Counted from the stretch's first letter, positions 54,573-63,904 are shown. The stretch is 64,000 nt of DNA from an uncultured Gammaproteobacteria bacterium (GCA_964649615.1 CAZYPW010000001.1:33557-97556); one strand, 5' to 3'. Notes: generated by a model from the letters alone, not told the origin. Program-made: numbers and translations.

Positions 54573-55886
54573 ATGAAAATAATTGTTTTAGCAGGTGGGG
54601 AAGGTAAAAGGATGTGGCCTATCCAAACAGACAAATGTCTGATCCCTTTTTTGGGTCAACCCCTTTTGTCCCATAACTTAAAAAAAATCAAAGATGTAGT
54701 AGATGGGGAATTTGTCATAATTTCTTCGCCTTCCAGTAAGGATGGGATAGGAAAAGTAGCTTCAGAGTTGAAATTACATTACAAAATAGCTGTTCAAAAT
54801 GAACCTAAAGGTATGGCTGATGCCCTACTCTCTGCAAAAGAATATCTGGAAGGAGAAGTTTTAGTGGTTAATGCTGAAGATATTTTGGACCCTGGGGCAT
54901 TTGAGATTAATAGGGAAGTAGATGTGAGCCTTGTTGGATTAAAAGTAGACAAATATTTTCCAGGAGGATATTTAAGGGTAGAAGGGGAAAGCCCTTCGAC
55001 TTCGCTCAGGGTTGGTAAGGTACAGGGAATAGTAGAAAAGCCAGGAGAGGGAAATGAACCATCAGATATGGTGAAGTTGGTAGTAGATTATTTTAAAGAC
55101 GGGAAAAAGTTAGTGGAATATTTAGAAAATGCTAAATCAGAGGTAGATGATGTTTATGAAAAGGCTTTAGATCAGATGATTTCTGATGGACTAGAAGTAA
55201 AGTTTAAAGAATATAGTGGAGTATGGATTCCATTAAAATATCCATGGCAGATTTTAGATATGCTGGCTTACTTTTTGGACAATATTGAACAACAGATTTC
55301 CCCGGGTGCAAATGTGTCTGAAAAGGCCATTATTGATGGAAAAGTAGTGATTGAAGAGGGAGTCAGAGTGTTTGAAGGAGCTGTAATTAAAGGTCCCTGC
55401 TATATAGGTAAAAATGTCATTGTGGGAAATAATTCCATGATCCGGGAATCTGAGCTGGAAGAGGGTTGCGTGACAGGCTTTAATTCTGATATTACCAGAA
55501 GTTACATTGGAGCAAATTCCTGGTTTCATACCAATTATATTGGGGATTCTGTGATAGAGGGAGATTTTGGGATGGGTAGTGGAGCAGTTTTGGCAAATTT
55601 AAGGCTGGATGATCATACAATCAGAGTACATGTGAATGGAGAATTAATTGATTCAGGAAGGCACAAGCTAGGGCTGATTGTGGGGAAGGGCTCAAGAGTG
55701 GGAGTGAATGCTTCAACCATGCCAGGGGTTAAGGTTGGTTCAAATTCATTTGTAGGGCCTGGAGTGACTTTATATGATGATGTAGAGGATAATAAGAAGG
55801 TTTTGGTAAAACAGGAGTTGGAAGTAACTGAACATACTCCAGCATTAACCAGCTATGATCAGTTTAGAGATAAGTTAGAGAAATAG
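54573..55886 (+). CDS. Sugar-phosphate nucleotidyltransferase with hexapeptide-repeat domain (GlmU-like)
   Basis: VLAGGEGKRMWP, QNEPKGMA, VEKP, C-terminal beta-helix repeats. Confidence 0.88.
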   Translation: MKIIVLAGGEGKRMWPIQTDKCLIPFLGQPLLSHNLKKIKDVVDGEFVIISSPSSKDGIGKVASELKLHYKIAVQNEPKGMADALLSAKEYLEGEVLVVNAEDILDPGAFEINREVDVSLVGLKVDKYFPGGYLRVEGESPSTSLRVGKVQGIVEKPGEGNEPSDMVKLVVDYFKDGKKLVEYLENAKSEVDDVYEKALDQMISDGLEVKFKEYSGVWIPLKYPWQILDMLAYFLDNIEQQISPGANVSEKAIIDGKVVIEEGVRVFEGAVIKGPCYIGKNVIVGNNSMIRESELEEGCVTGFNSDITRSYIGANSWFHTNYIGDSVIEGDFGMGSGAVLANLRLDDHTIRVHVNGELIDSGRHKLGLIVGKGSRVGVNASTMPGVKVGSNSFVGPGVTLYDDVEDNKKVLVKQELEVTEHTPALTSYDQFRDKLEK

Positions 55887-55908
55887 AGATATTTAACAAT
55901 CGAAAATT

Positions 55909-56169
55909 ATGTTTAAAAAATATAAAGTTTTACTGATAATTCTTATTCTTTTTATACCAACCATTATTAGTCTTCTTCCTTCAATGCAATCAAGAGGAAT
56001 AGATGCATGCTTTTGGATAGTAGGAGAACCTGTCAAACAACAGCAGTGTCAATTCTGGGAAGAAATTAAAACAAACGTTTATATTTTTAGTCATTTTACT
56101 CTTATCATAGGATTAATCCTTAGTATTTTTCAATTTTTTAAATTCCTCAAGGAAAAACTATTCAGTTGA
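55909..56169 (+). CDS. Small two-TM protein
   Basis: Two hydrophobic segments, two Cys. Confidence 0.5.
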   Translation: MFKKYKVLLIILILFIPTIISLLPSMQSRGIDACFWIVGEPVKQQQCQFWEEIKTNVYIFSHFTLIIGLILSIFQFFKFLKEKLFS

Positions 56170-56219
56170 GAATTAATCATTTACCTTGTTAACTGCAAAA
56201 TATATAAAAGTTATATACT

Positions 56220-56360
56220 ATGTATATAGGAAAGACGGATCGTCAGAGATTACTTTTTCTGGCATTTACGATTAGGGAGAATAAAATTCGTGTAGTTTCA
56301 GCCAGAAATCAGAATAGAAAAGAAAGGAGGAAATATGAAGAAACTAAAACCAATACCTAA
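56220..56360 (+). pseudogene. BrnT toxin, C-terminal half only
   Basis: IGKTDRQRLLFLAFTIRENKIRVVSARNQNRKERRKYE (46 aa). Confidence 0.7.
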
Positions 56361-56616
56361 ATTTGCTACGGAGGATGAAGAAGATAAATTTTGGTCTACC
56401 CATGATTCAACTGAATATGTTGATTGGAATAGGGCAGTAGTTAATCCAAGCTTTCCAAACTTAAAGCTTTCTACAAAAACTATTACTATCAGAGTGTCTG
56501 AATCTTTACTGAATTCGCTCAAGATGTTAGCCAATAAAAAGGATGTGCCTTACCAGTCACTTCTGAAAATATTTTTGGATGAAAAAATACGTGAAGAGAT
56601 AAAAATAACAAATTAA
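56335..56616 (+). CDS. BrnA/CopG antitoxin
   Basis: IPKFATEDEEDKFWSTHDSTEY...DVPYQSLLK. Confidence 0.85.
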   Translation: MKKLKPIPKFATEDEEDKFWSTHDSTEYVDWNRAVVNPSFPNLKLSTKTITIRVSESLLNSLKMLANKKDVPYQSLLKIFLDEKIREEIKITN

Positions 56617-56636
56617 GGTTTTCTATTGTTAGAGCA

Positions 56637-56789
56637 AGAATTGGGTCTAATTCATTAGTTGGTCCTGGAGTTGTTTTATATGGAGATATAAAAGAAAATA
56701 AAAAAGTTTTGGTTAAACAGGAACTGGAGATAACTGAACATGCACCAGCTTTAACAAGTTATGATCAATTTAGAAAAAAGATTCAATAA
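56637..56789 (+). pseudogene. Diverged second copy of the GlmU-like 3' end
   Basis: RIGSNSLVGPGVVLYGDIKENKKVLVKQELEITEHAPALTSYDQFRKKIQ-stop. Confidence 0.85.
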
Positions 56790-56792
56790 TAA

Positions 56793-59549
56793 TTACTGTT
56801 GAATTTTTCTGCAAGCATCCATGATGCAGAAGTTACTAACAAGTGTCAGGCCAAAATCTTGAGCAAATTCTTCTGCTTTTTGGCTACTGACACCATCCTG
56901 CAGCCATACTGATTTGATCCCCCCTCGTTCAATTACTTCCTGCATGTGGGGAATAACCTCATTCGGCCGCCTAAAAATATCCACGATATCAATTTTTACT
57001 TTTTTAGGAATAGACATTAAATTTGGATAGGATTTTTCTCCCAAAGTTTGAGAAATATTTGGATTAACTGGAATAATTTTAAAACCACGTGATTTTAGAT
57101 ACTGGGCTACTCTGTAACTTGTTCGTTGTGGTTTATCTGATAATCCGACTATCGCAATAGTTCTGGATTTCTTCAAAAGATCAATTTTTTCTACCTCTTC
57201 TGTGTCAAGATTGGGAAGCAAAGATGCTTGCCACTGCCAACTCTCAATATCTTCCGGATCCTTACCCTGCATTTTTACAAATGCTTGATGTTCTGTTAAG
57301 GCCCTAGTGTATTTATTAGTAAATTTCTGATACACTCCTTCTTCGATTACCCCTAACTCATATGCCTTTTGTAAAACCTCTAAAGCCAAATGAAATCTGC
57401 TAGCACTGTTTCTTGCTAACATATCAAAAGGAGTGGTAGTGCCTCCTCTTTCCTGATATCCATGAACAGAAAAACGGTGAGGATTTTTAAGGTCAAATAA
57501 AATAGCTTTCATCACTTCCGGATAACCATGAAAATTAACTATCACCGGTTTATCGGTTGTAAAATACTGATCTGAATTAGGAATGGTTGGATGGTAAGCA
57601 CTCTTACAAGTACATTTGGCAGTCAGTCTTAAAATATTGACAAACCTCAATTTAAGGTAGGGAATATCTTTTTTTAAGATATCGATTGCTGCCAAACACT
57701 CTTTAGACACATAATCTCCAATACCCACCAGCACTACATCCGGATCAGGATCTGATGCAAAATCCCAAGTCAGTAAACCATCTTTTATAGACTTTTGAGC
57801 TTGAGCCAGACTTAGCCAGCGCAGTTCAGGAGTTTTTCCAGAAACTATGGTATTTATGGCATTTTGAGAATTCATAACCTCATCTAAAGTAATCAGCATA
57901 CTGTTTTCATCAACCGGAAAGTAAACTTTGACAAAATCATGATTTTTCTCAAGTAACCCGCTAATAAAACTGGGATTTTGATGAGAATAACCATTATGCT
58001 CCTGTCTCCAGGCAGAGGAGGAGAGAATATAATTCATGGAGGAAATATTTTCCCGCCAATTAGTTTCTCTGGTTGCTTTTAAAAATTTGACATATTGGTG
58101 AGCCATACTGGAAACAATCTGGGCAAAGGCTTCGTAGGTTGCAAAAACCCCATGTCTGCCGGTTAAAATATAGCCTTGAGAAAGACCATGTAGGTTATGT
58201 TCTGATAACATCTCCATCACTCTGCCATCCCTTGACAGGTGATTATCATCACTTTGGTGTGGCCAGACAAAAGCACGGGATGTTTCCTCAAAGACCTCAT
58301 CCAACCTATTGGAATAAGTTTCATCAGGGGACATCAATCTAAAGTTTCGTTGCCTTTTATTAAGTTCAAAAACTTTTTTAAAGTAAGTTCCGGCCATCCT
58401 CATACTATTTGATAGATGTTTACCAGGTACATCTACATCTTTGGCAAGTTGAGAAATTTTTGGTAACTTTAATTTTTTGTAAGTTCTGCCAAAAACGCTG
58501 TCGCAATCACCAACCTTTAACCCTTTATCCGGCAACAAGGATAAAATATCCTTTGAAAAACCTTTTTTCTCATTAAAAAGCTCATCAAATTTATAAGATT
58601 TAAGCCATTTTTCTAAAGCCGAAAGCTCCAAAGCATCATTTTTGGCATTAGGAGCAACCACCTGATGAGCGGCAGTTGTGCCCTCAATTTTTATGCCTCT
58701 TAATTTTTTTATACCGGTCCAGCCTTTGGGAGTTTTTAAGATAATCATAGGATAAATTGGACTAAATACTTCACCTTTTTTGGCCTTAAGTTTTATATCC
58801 TTGATTTTTTTATATGATTTTTCCAAAGCGGAGAGCATCTTTTGATAAATTTTTCTACCGCTAACAATAAACGGTAGGTACCCATAGCCTTTAAATAAAT
58901 TATTAAGTTCACCATCACTCATTCTGGCAAAAACAGTAGGCCCGGAGATTTTATAACCATTTAAGTGTAAAATCGGTAAAACAATACCATTTGTAGCAGG
59001 ATCTAAAAGTTTATTTAAATGCCATGCAGCAGAAAGCGGTCCTGTTTCCGCTTCTCCGTCTCCAATCAAACAAACTGCTAAAAGATTAGTGTTATCCATT
59101 ACTGCCCCAAAAGAGGTGGAGAGAGAATATCCTAATTCTCCGCCTTCCAAAATTAAGCCCGGAGCTTCCGGACAGGAATGAGATGAAAAACCATATGGCC
59201 AGGAAAAACTTTTGGAAAGGAAAGTAATACCTTTTTCATCAAGGGATGCCTTGGGATAATATTTACCCAAAGTTCCTTCAATAAATAGATTTGCCTGTAA
59301 AGCCGCAAATCCGTGACCGGGACCCAGTAGAAAAATTGTTTCCTGTTTATATTTTTTAACCAGGTAATTAGTGAAAGCATAGACAAAGTTTATCCCCGGA
59401 CAAGTACCCCAATGGCCAAAAAGTTTTGGTTTAATATCATGAGTACCCAAAGGTTTTTTTAGTAAAAAATTGTCCTGCAGATAAATTTGGGTGACTGATA
59501 AATAATTGGCAGCCCGTACAAATTTTTTAATATTTTCTAGTGGGGTCAT
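56793..59549 (-). CDS. xfp: Phosphoketolase (Xfp/Xpk) fused to a C-terminal CoA-binding domain
   Basis: GHWGTCPG, GDGEAETGP, SPDETYSNRL, RQEHNGYSHQ; C-terminal IAIVGLSDKPQRTSY...IIPVNP...DIVDIFR. Confidence 0.92.
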   Translation of the reverse strand: MTPLENIKKFVRAANYLSVTQIYLQDNFLLKKPLGTHDIKPKLFGHWGTCPGINFVYAFTNYLVKKYKQETIFLLGPGHGFAALQANLFIEGTLGKYYPKASLDEKGITFLSKSFSWPYGFSSHSCPEAPGLILEGGELGYSLSTSFGAVMDNTNLLAVCLIGDGEAETGPLSAAWHLNKLLDPATNGIVLPILHLNGYKISGPTVFARMSDGELNNLFKGYGYLPFIVSGRKIYQKMLSALEKSYKKIKDIKLKAKKGEVFSPIYPMIILKTPKGWTGIKKLRGIKIEGTTAAHQVVAPNAKNDALELSALEKWLKSYKFDELFNEKKGFSKDILSLLPDKGLKVGDCDSVFGRTYKKLKLPKISQLAKDVDVPGKHLSNSMRMAGTYFKKVFELNKRQRNFRLMSPDETYSNRLDEVFEETSRAFVWPHQSDDNHLSRDGRVMEMLSEHNLHGLSQGYILTGRHGVFATYEAFAQIVSSMAHQYVKFLKATRETNWRENISSMNYILSSSAWRQEHNGYSHQNPSFISGLLEKNHDFVKVYFPVDENSMLITLDEVMNSQNAINTIVSGKTPELRWLSLAQAQKSIKDGLLTWDFASDPDPDVVLVGIGDYVSKECLAAIDILKKDIPYLKLRFVNILRLTAKCTCKSAYHPTIPNSDQYFTTDKPVIVNFHGYPEVMKAILFDLKNPHRFSVHGYQERGGTTTPFDMLARNSASRFHLALEVLQKAYELGVIEEGVYQKFTNKYTRALTEHQAFVKMQGKDPEDIESWQWQASLLPNLDTEEVEKIDLLKKSRTIAIVGLSDKPQRTSYRVAQYLKSRGFKIIPVNPNISQTLGEKSYPNLMSIPKKVKIDIVDIFRRPNEVIPHMQEVIERGGIKSVWLQDGVSSQKAEEFAQDFGLTLVSNFCIMDACRKIQQ

Positions 59550-59552
59550 TTT

Positions 59553-61307
59553 TTAGTAATCCTCCAAAGTTGAGGTATCACCCAGTTCCAGTCCCATCTC
59601 TTTGGCTCGTAGCAGCCTTCTCATTATTTTACCGGAGCGGGTTTTAGGTAGTTTATCAACAAATTCAATCTCTCTTGGATAAGCATGTCCTGCCAGATTC
59701 TCTTTAACAAAAGCAGCTATATTTTCCTTAAGTTTATCTGATGGTTGAGCATCCATCTTTAAAACAATAAAGGCCTTAATAATCTCTCCTCTTAAGGGAT
59801 CCGGTTTGCCGATCACTCCTGCCTCAACTACCTCTGGGTGTTCCACCAAAGCACTCTCCACCTCAAATGGTCCCACTCTCTCACTTGAAGTATTAATCAC
59901 ATCATCCGCTCTCCCCACAAACCAAAAGTAGCCGTCGTTATCCTTAATAGCTCTGTCTCCTGACAGATACCAACCATTTGAGAAATATGAATCAAATTTC
60001 TCCTTTTTTTTCCAAATAGTTTTCATCAGAGAATAAACAGTATTTGGTTTTAAAGCCAGATTTCCTTCTCTTCCCGCAGGCAATTCCTTTCCCTTCTCAT
60101 CAATAACAGCGGCTTTAATTCCCGGAAAAGGTTTACCCATAGAACCAACTTTAATATCCAAAATAGGATAATTAACTATAGCCATGCTACCCGTTTCTGT
60201 TTGCCACCAGGTGTCGTGAAAGGGAAGCCCAATTTTTTTATAAGCCCACCAGATTGCTTCAGGATTTAAAGGTTCTCCCACACTGGTAATATGACGAAGA
60301 GAAGAAAGGTCAAAGTCTTCGGGTTGAACTTTACTACCCATAAGCATTCTTATGGCAGTTGGAGCGGTATACCAGACAGTAACTTTATTTTCCTCAATAA
60401 CTTTATACCAATTCTCTGCTGAAAATTTACCTTCAAAAATAACTTGTGTACCACCTACGCCCCAAATTCCCAAAATACCGTAAACAACTCCGGTTACCCA
60501 GCCACAATCTGCTGTACACCAGTAAATATCATCACCTTGTACATCAAGGACCCATTTAGTAGTAAGAATTGCAGAGAGTACATCGCTATGGGCGTGAACT
60601 ACCCCTTTTGGTTTACCAGTAGTACCGGAGGTATATAACATATAAGAAAAATCATCTTTTTTCATATGGGCAATTTCAAATTTTTCTGAAGCTTTTCTCA
60701 TCTGATTAGTGAAAGAAACGATATTTTTACCTCTAGGCAGTTTTTTAGCGGTTTGTTCTACAATAATTACTTTCTCTAAATGTGGTAAATCTTTCCAAAT
60801 AGCTTTAATTCTTGGATAAAGGTCGGAATTGGTGATTAAAATTTTTGCCTGGCTGTCTGATAATCTGTCCATAAGAGCCAGTTCCTGGAAAGCTGAAAAA
60901 AGTGCGCCCACTATGGCTCCAATCTTTAGAATTCCCAAAAAAGCAACATAACGCTCCGGGATAGTAGGCAGGAAAATAAAAACCCGATCACCTTTTTTAA
61001 CTTTTAAGTTTTTTAAGACATTAGCAAATTTATTTGACTGCCTTGCCAAAGTGGCAAAAGTATATTTTTGGTGAGCGCCACTAACAGAATGGAAGATTAA
61101 AGCAACCTTATCTTTTTGGGGGGTTTCCAGATGCTGGTCAACTGCTATATAGGCTGTATTAAGGCTTCCATCCTTAAAAAATTTAAGGTATTCTTTTTCC
61201 GCTTTTTTCCAAGAAAATTCTTTATAAGTTTTATTGTAGTTTTTAAGATTTGGAGCTTTTTTAAAATTTGCTGAAGTTTTTTTAATAATCTTGAGTTGAA
61301 CACTCAT
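59553..61307 (-). CDS. acsA: Acetyl-CoA synthetase (AMP-forming)
   Basis: YTSGTTGKPKG, DTWWQTETG, LPKTRSGKIMRR; likely ATG 61307. Confidence 0.92.
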   Translation of the reverse strand: MSVQLKIIKKTSANFKKAPNLKNYNKTYKEFSWKKAEKEYLKFFKDGSLNTAYIAVDQHLETPQKDKVALIFHSVSGAHQKYTFATLARQSNKFANVLKNLKVKKGDRVFIFLPTIPERYVAFLGILKIGAIVGALFSAFQELALMDRLSDSQAKILITNSDLYPRIKAIWKDLPHLEKVIIVEQTAKKLPRGKNIVSFTNQMRKASEKFEIAHMKKDDFSYMLYTSGTTGKPKGVVHAHSDVLSAILTTKWVLDVQGDDIYWCTADCGWVTGVVYGILGIWGVGGTQVIFEGKFSAENWYKVIEENKVTVWYTAPTAIRMLMGSKVQPEDFDLSSLRHITSVGEPLNPEAIWWAYKKIGLPFHDTWWQTETGSMAIVNYPILDIKVGSMGKPFPGIKAAVIDEKGKELPAGREGNLALKPNTVYSLMKTIWKKKEKFDSYFSNGWYLSGDRAIKDNDGYFWFVGRADDVINTSSERVGPFEVESALVEHPEVVEAGVIGKPDPLRGEIIKAFIVLKMDAQPSDKLKENIAAFVKENLAGHAYPREIEFVDKLPKTRSGKIMRRLLRAKEMGLELGDTSTLEDY

Positions 61308-61373
61308 AATTTTAAAGATTCTAGCATAGGATTGGAAATCGGTCAATTTTGTATGTGTTATACTTTTTCAATC

Positions 61374-62627
61374 ATGTTGCTTTATGAGTTTGAAGGCAAG
61401 CAGTTGTTTAAAAATGTAGGTATCAGTGTGCCAGTTGGTCAGTTAATCAGCAGTTCAGAGGATCAGCAAATCAATATTTCAGCACCCCTTGTATTAAAAG
61501 CACAAACCTTATCTGGTAAAAGAGCAGAAGGAGGGGGGATTGTCAAAATTGACAATGGACAATTGACAATGGACAATTTGAAAAAATTGTTTGGGAAAAC
61601 AGTAAATGGAGAAAAAGTAGAGAGAGTGTTGGTAGAGGAGATGGTGAATATAGAGAGGGAATATTATCTTTCTTTTTCTTATTCTACAGAAACCAGGGGG
61701 ACGGTTTTGACATTTGGTGAAGGAGGAACCGGGGCTGAAGGGAAAGGGGCTAGAACATATCCAATAGATTTAACAGAAGAAGATTCCCTAGGTGCCTGCC
61801 TAATCCACCTCCCAGGTGTACTAAAAGATGCTGCTAAAAAGCTTTGGGAGGTGTTTATAAAATATGATTGTGAACTGGCAGAAATTAATCCATTAGTAGT
61901 GATAAAGGGATACCCTTCGACTCGCTCCGTGGTTCTACAAGCTCACCACTCCGCTCGCTCAGGGCAAAGCAAGAATCCGCTGCGGATTCTTGCTTTGGAC
62001 GCCAAAATAATTTTGGATGATGACGCCACTTTTAGAAGAGAAATAAAATTCCCGGAAAGAAATCTTTTTGGCAGGCCTTCAACTGAAAGAGAAATTGAAG
62101 CAAGAAAAATAGATGAAGGGGATCATCGGGGTACTGCCGGATCTGTGTACTGGGATTTAGATGGGGATATTGCTGTGATTGCTGCAGGAGGAGGGGGGAG
62201 TGTGGTTAATATGGATGCTTTACTTGCTTTTGGGGGTAAACCTGCCAACTACACTGAACACTCCGGAAATCCTCCCAGAGAAAAATTAAAAAAACTAACC
62301 AAAATTGTTTTGAGTAAACCTAATTTAAAAGGTTGTTGGTTTGTGGGAGGTACTGCTAATTTTACAGATATTTATGAAACTTTAATGGGTTTTGTAGAAG
62401 GCTTAAGGGAAGTAGATCCAAAACCAGCATATCCAATAGTTATCCGCCGTGGTGGACCAAGGGATAAAGAGGCTTTTGAAGCATTAAAAGAAATAGGCAA
62501 AAAAGAAGGTTTTGATTTTCATATTTTTGGCCGGGAAACACCAATGACTTCTACAGCTAAGATTATGGTGGATCTGGCATACGGGAATATCAAAACTCAA
62601 ATGTCAAATGTTAAATCTACAACTTAA
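61374..62627 (+). CDS. ATP-grasp + citrate-binding subunit (ATP-citrate lyase beta/SucC-like)
   Basis: LYEFEGK, AEINPL, ALDAK, PANYTEHSGNP, GGTANFTD, RRGGP. Confidence 0.8.
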   Translation: MLLYEFEGKQLFKNVGISVPVGQLISSSEDQQINISAPLVLKAQTLSGKRAEGGGIVKIDNGQLTMDNLKKLFGKTVNGEKVERVLVEEMVNIEREYYLSFSYSTETRGTVLTFGEGGTGAEGKGARTYPIDLTEEDSLGACLIHLPGVLKDAAKKLWEVFIKYDCELAEINPLVVIKGYPSTRSVVLQAHHSARSGQSKNPLRILALDAKIILDDDATFRREIKFPERNLFGRPSTEREIEARKIDEGDHRGTAGSVYWDLDGDIAVIAAGGGGSVVNMDALLAFGGKPANYTEHSGNPPREKLKKLTKIVLSKPNLKGCWFVGGTANFTDIYETLMGFVEGLREVDPKPAYPIVIRRGGPRDKEAFEALKEIGKKEGFDFHIFGRETPMTSTAKIMVDLAYGNIKTQMSNVKSTT

Positions 62628-62693
62628 ATCTCAAATCTTTTTAAGTTTTTAGATTTGAACTGTAGTTTTGAGTTTTGCGATTTGCGTTTTGAG
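62591..62693 (+). repeat. Heptamer-arm inverted element, empty copy
   Basis: CAAAACT CAAATGT CAAATGT TAAATCT ACAACT TAAATCT CAAATCT / AGATTT GAACTG TAGTTTT GAGTTTT GCGATTT GCGTTTT. Confidence 0.8.
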
Positions 62694-62702
62694 ATAAACA
62701 TT

Positions 62703-63635
62703 ATGGCTATTTTAGTTACTGAAAAAACTCGAGTCTTAATACAAGGCATTACTGGTAAAGAAGGTTCAAAAGTGGCTTTGCAGATGAGAAATTATGGTAC
62801 TAAAGTAGTAGCCGGAGTGACTCCCGGAAAAGGCGGGCAGGAAGTACATGGGATTCCTGTTTATAATTCTGTTAAGGAAGCATTAGAGAATCACCCAGGA
62901 ATAAATACCTCTTTAATTTCTGTGCCTAATTTTGCTGCTTTTGGGGCAATGAGAGAAGCTATTGAGGCAAAGATTTCCCTAATTAATGTTTTTACAGAAC
63001 ATGTCCCAATTGCTGATACTGCTAAAGCAATAGGGTTAGCCAGAAACACCTCGGAGGTGGAAGGAAAGATAAGAATTGTGGGACCATCTTCTATGGGAAT
63101 TATATCTCCAGGAATTGGTAAGGTGGGACAAATTGGAGGGGAAGACCCAAGAGGGGTTTTTAGAAAAGGTAGCGTGGGGGTTATTTCCAAATCAGGAGGG
63201 ATGGCCTCAGAGGTTTCCTGGATTTTGACTCAAGCTGGAATGGGGCAGAGTACTGTGATAGGGATCGGAGGAGATGTCCTGGAGGGATCTAGTTTTGCAG
63301 ATTTACTTTTGGAATTTGAAAAAGATCCTCAAACAGAAAGTGTGGTAATTTTTGGAGAAATTGGCGGAACTTATGAGGAAGATGCTGCAGAATTTATAAA
63401 AAGTGGAAATCCTTCGACTCACTCCGCTCGCTCAGGACCAAGGTTTACCAAACCAGTTGTAGCATTTGTGTCTGGTTTATTTGCAGAGACTTTGCCATCT
63501 GGAACCAAATTAGGTCATGCAGGAGCCATAGTATATGGAAATAAAGGAAGTTATAAATCAAAAATAAAGAGCTTAGAGGCAGCCGGTGTCAAAATAGCCA
63601 AAACCCCAGATGAAATTCCAGAGCTGTTAAAGTAG
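62703..63635 (+). CDS. SucD-like CoA-ligase alpha subunit
   Basis: VLIQGITGKEG, GVTPGKGG, SKSGG, GEIGG, phospho-His motif GHAGA. Confidence 0.88.
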   Translation: MAILVTEKTRVLIQGITGKEGSKVALQMRNYGTKVVAGVTPGKGGQEVHGIPVYNSVKEALENHPGINTSLISVPNFAAFGAMREAIEAKISLINVFTEHVPIADTAKAIGLARNTSEVEGKIRIVGPSSMGIISPGIGKVGQIGGEDPRGVFRKGSVGVISKSGGMASEVSWILTQAGMGQSTVIGIGGDVLEGSSFADLLLEFEKDPQTESVVIFGEIGGTYEEDAAEFIKSGNPSTHSARSGPRFTKPVVAFVSGLFAETLPSGTKLGHAGAIVYGNKGSYKSKIKSLEAAGVKIAKTPDEIPELLK

Positions 63636-63655
63636 CATGGTATAATATATTTGTT

Positions 63656-63904
63656 ATGAAAGCACCCCAAGATCCTAAAAAATTAGAACAACTTTATGAG
63701 AAACTATATAAAAGATATGGTAAACGTTTGGAGAGAGATCACAAAGGGGAATATTTAGCCATTTCTCAAAAAGGTCAAACAATTTTGGGGCAAAATCTTT
63801 ACGAAGTTGCTAAAAAGGCTTCAGACGCCTTTGGTTCAGGCAATTTTGTTTATAGAATAGGGGAAAAAGCTGTTGGTAGATGGTTGAAAATATGGACATT
63901 GTGA
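63656..63904 (+). CDS. Small protein (DUF5678-like)
   Basis: LERDHKGEYLAIS; overlaps the protease gene. Confidence 0.55.
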   Translation: MKAPQDPKKLEQLYEKLYKRYGKRLERDHKGEYLAISQKGQTILGQNLYEVAKKASDAFGSGNFVYRIGEKAVGRWLKIWTL

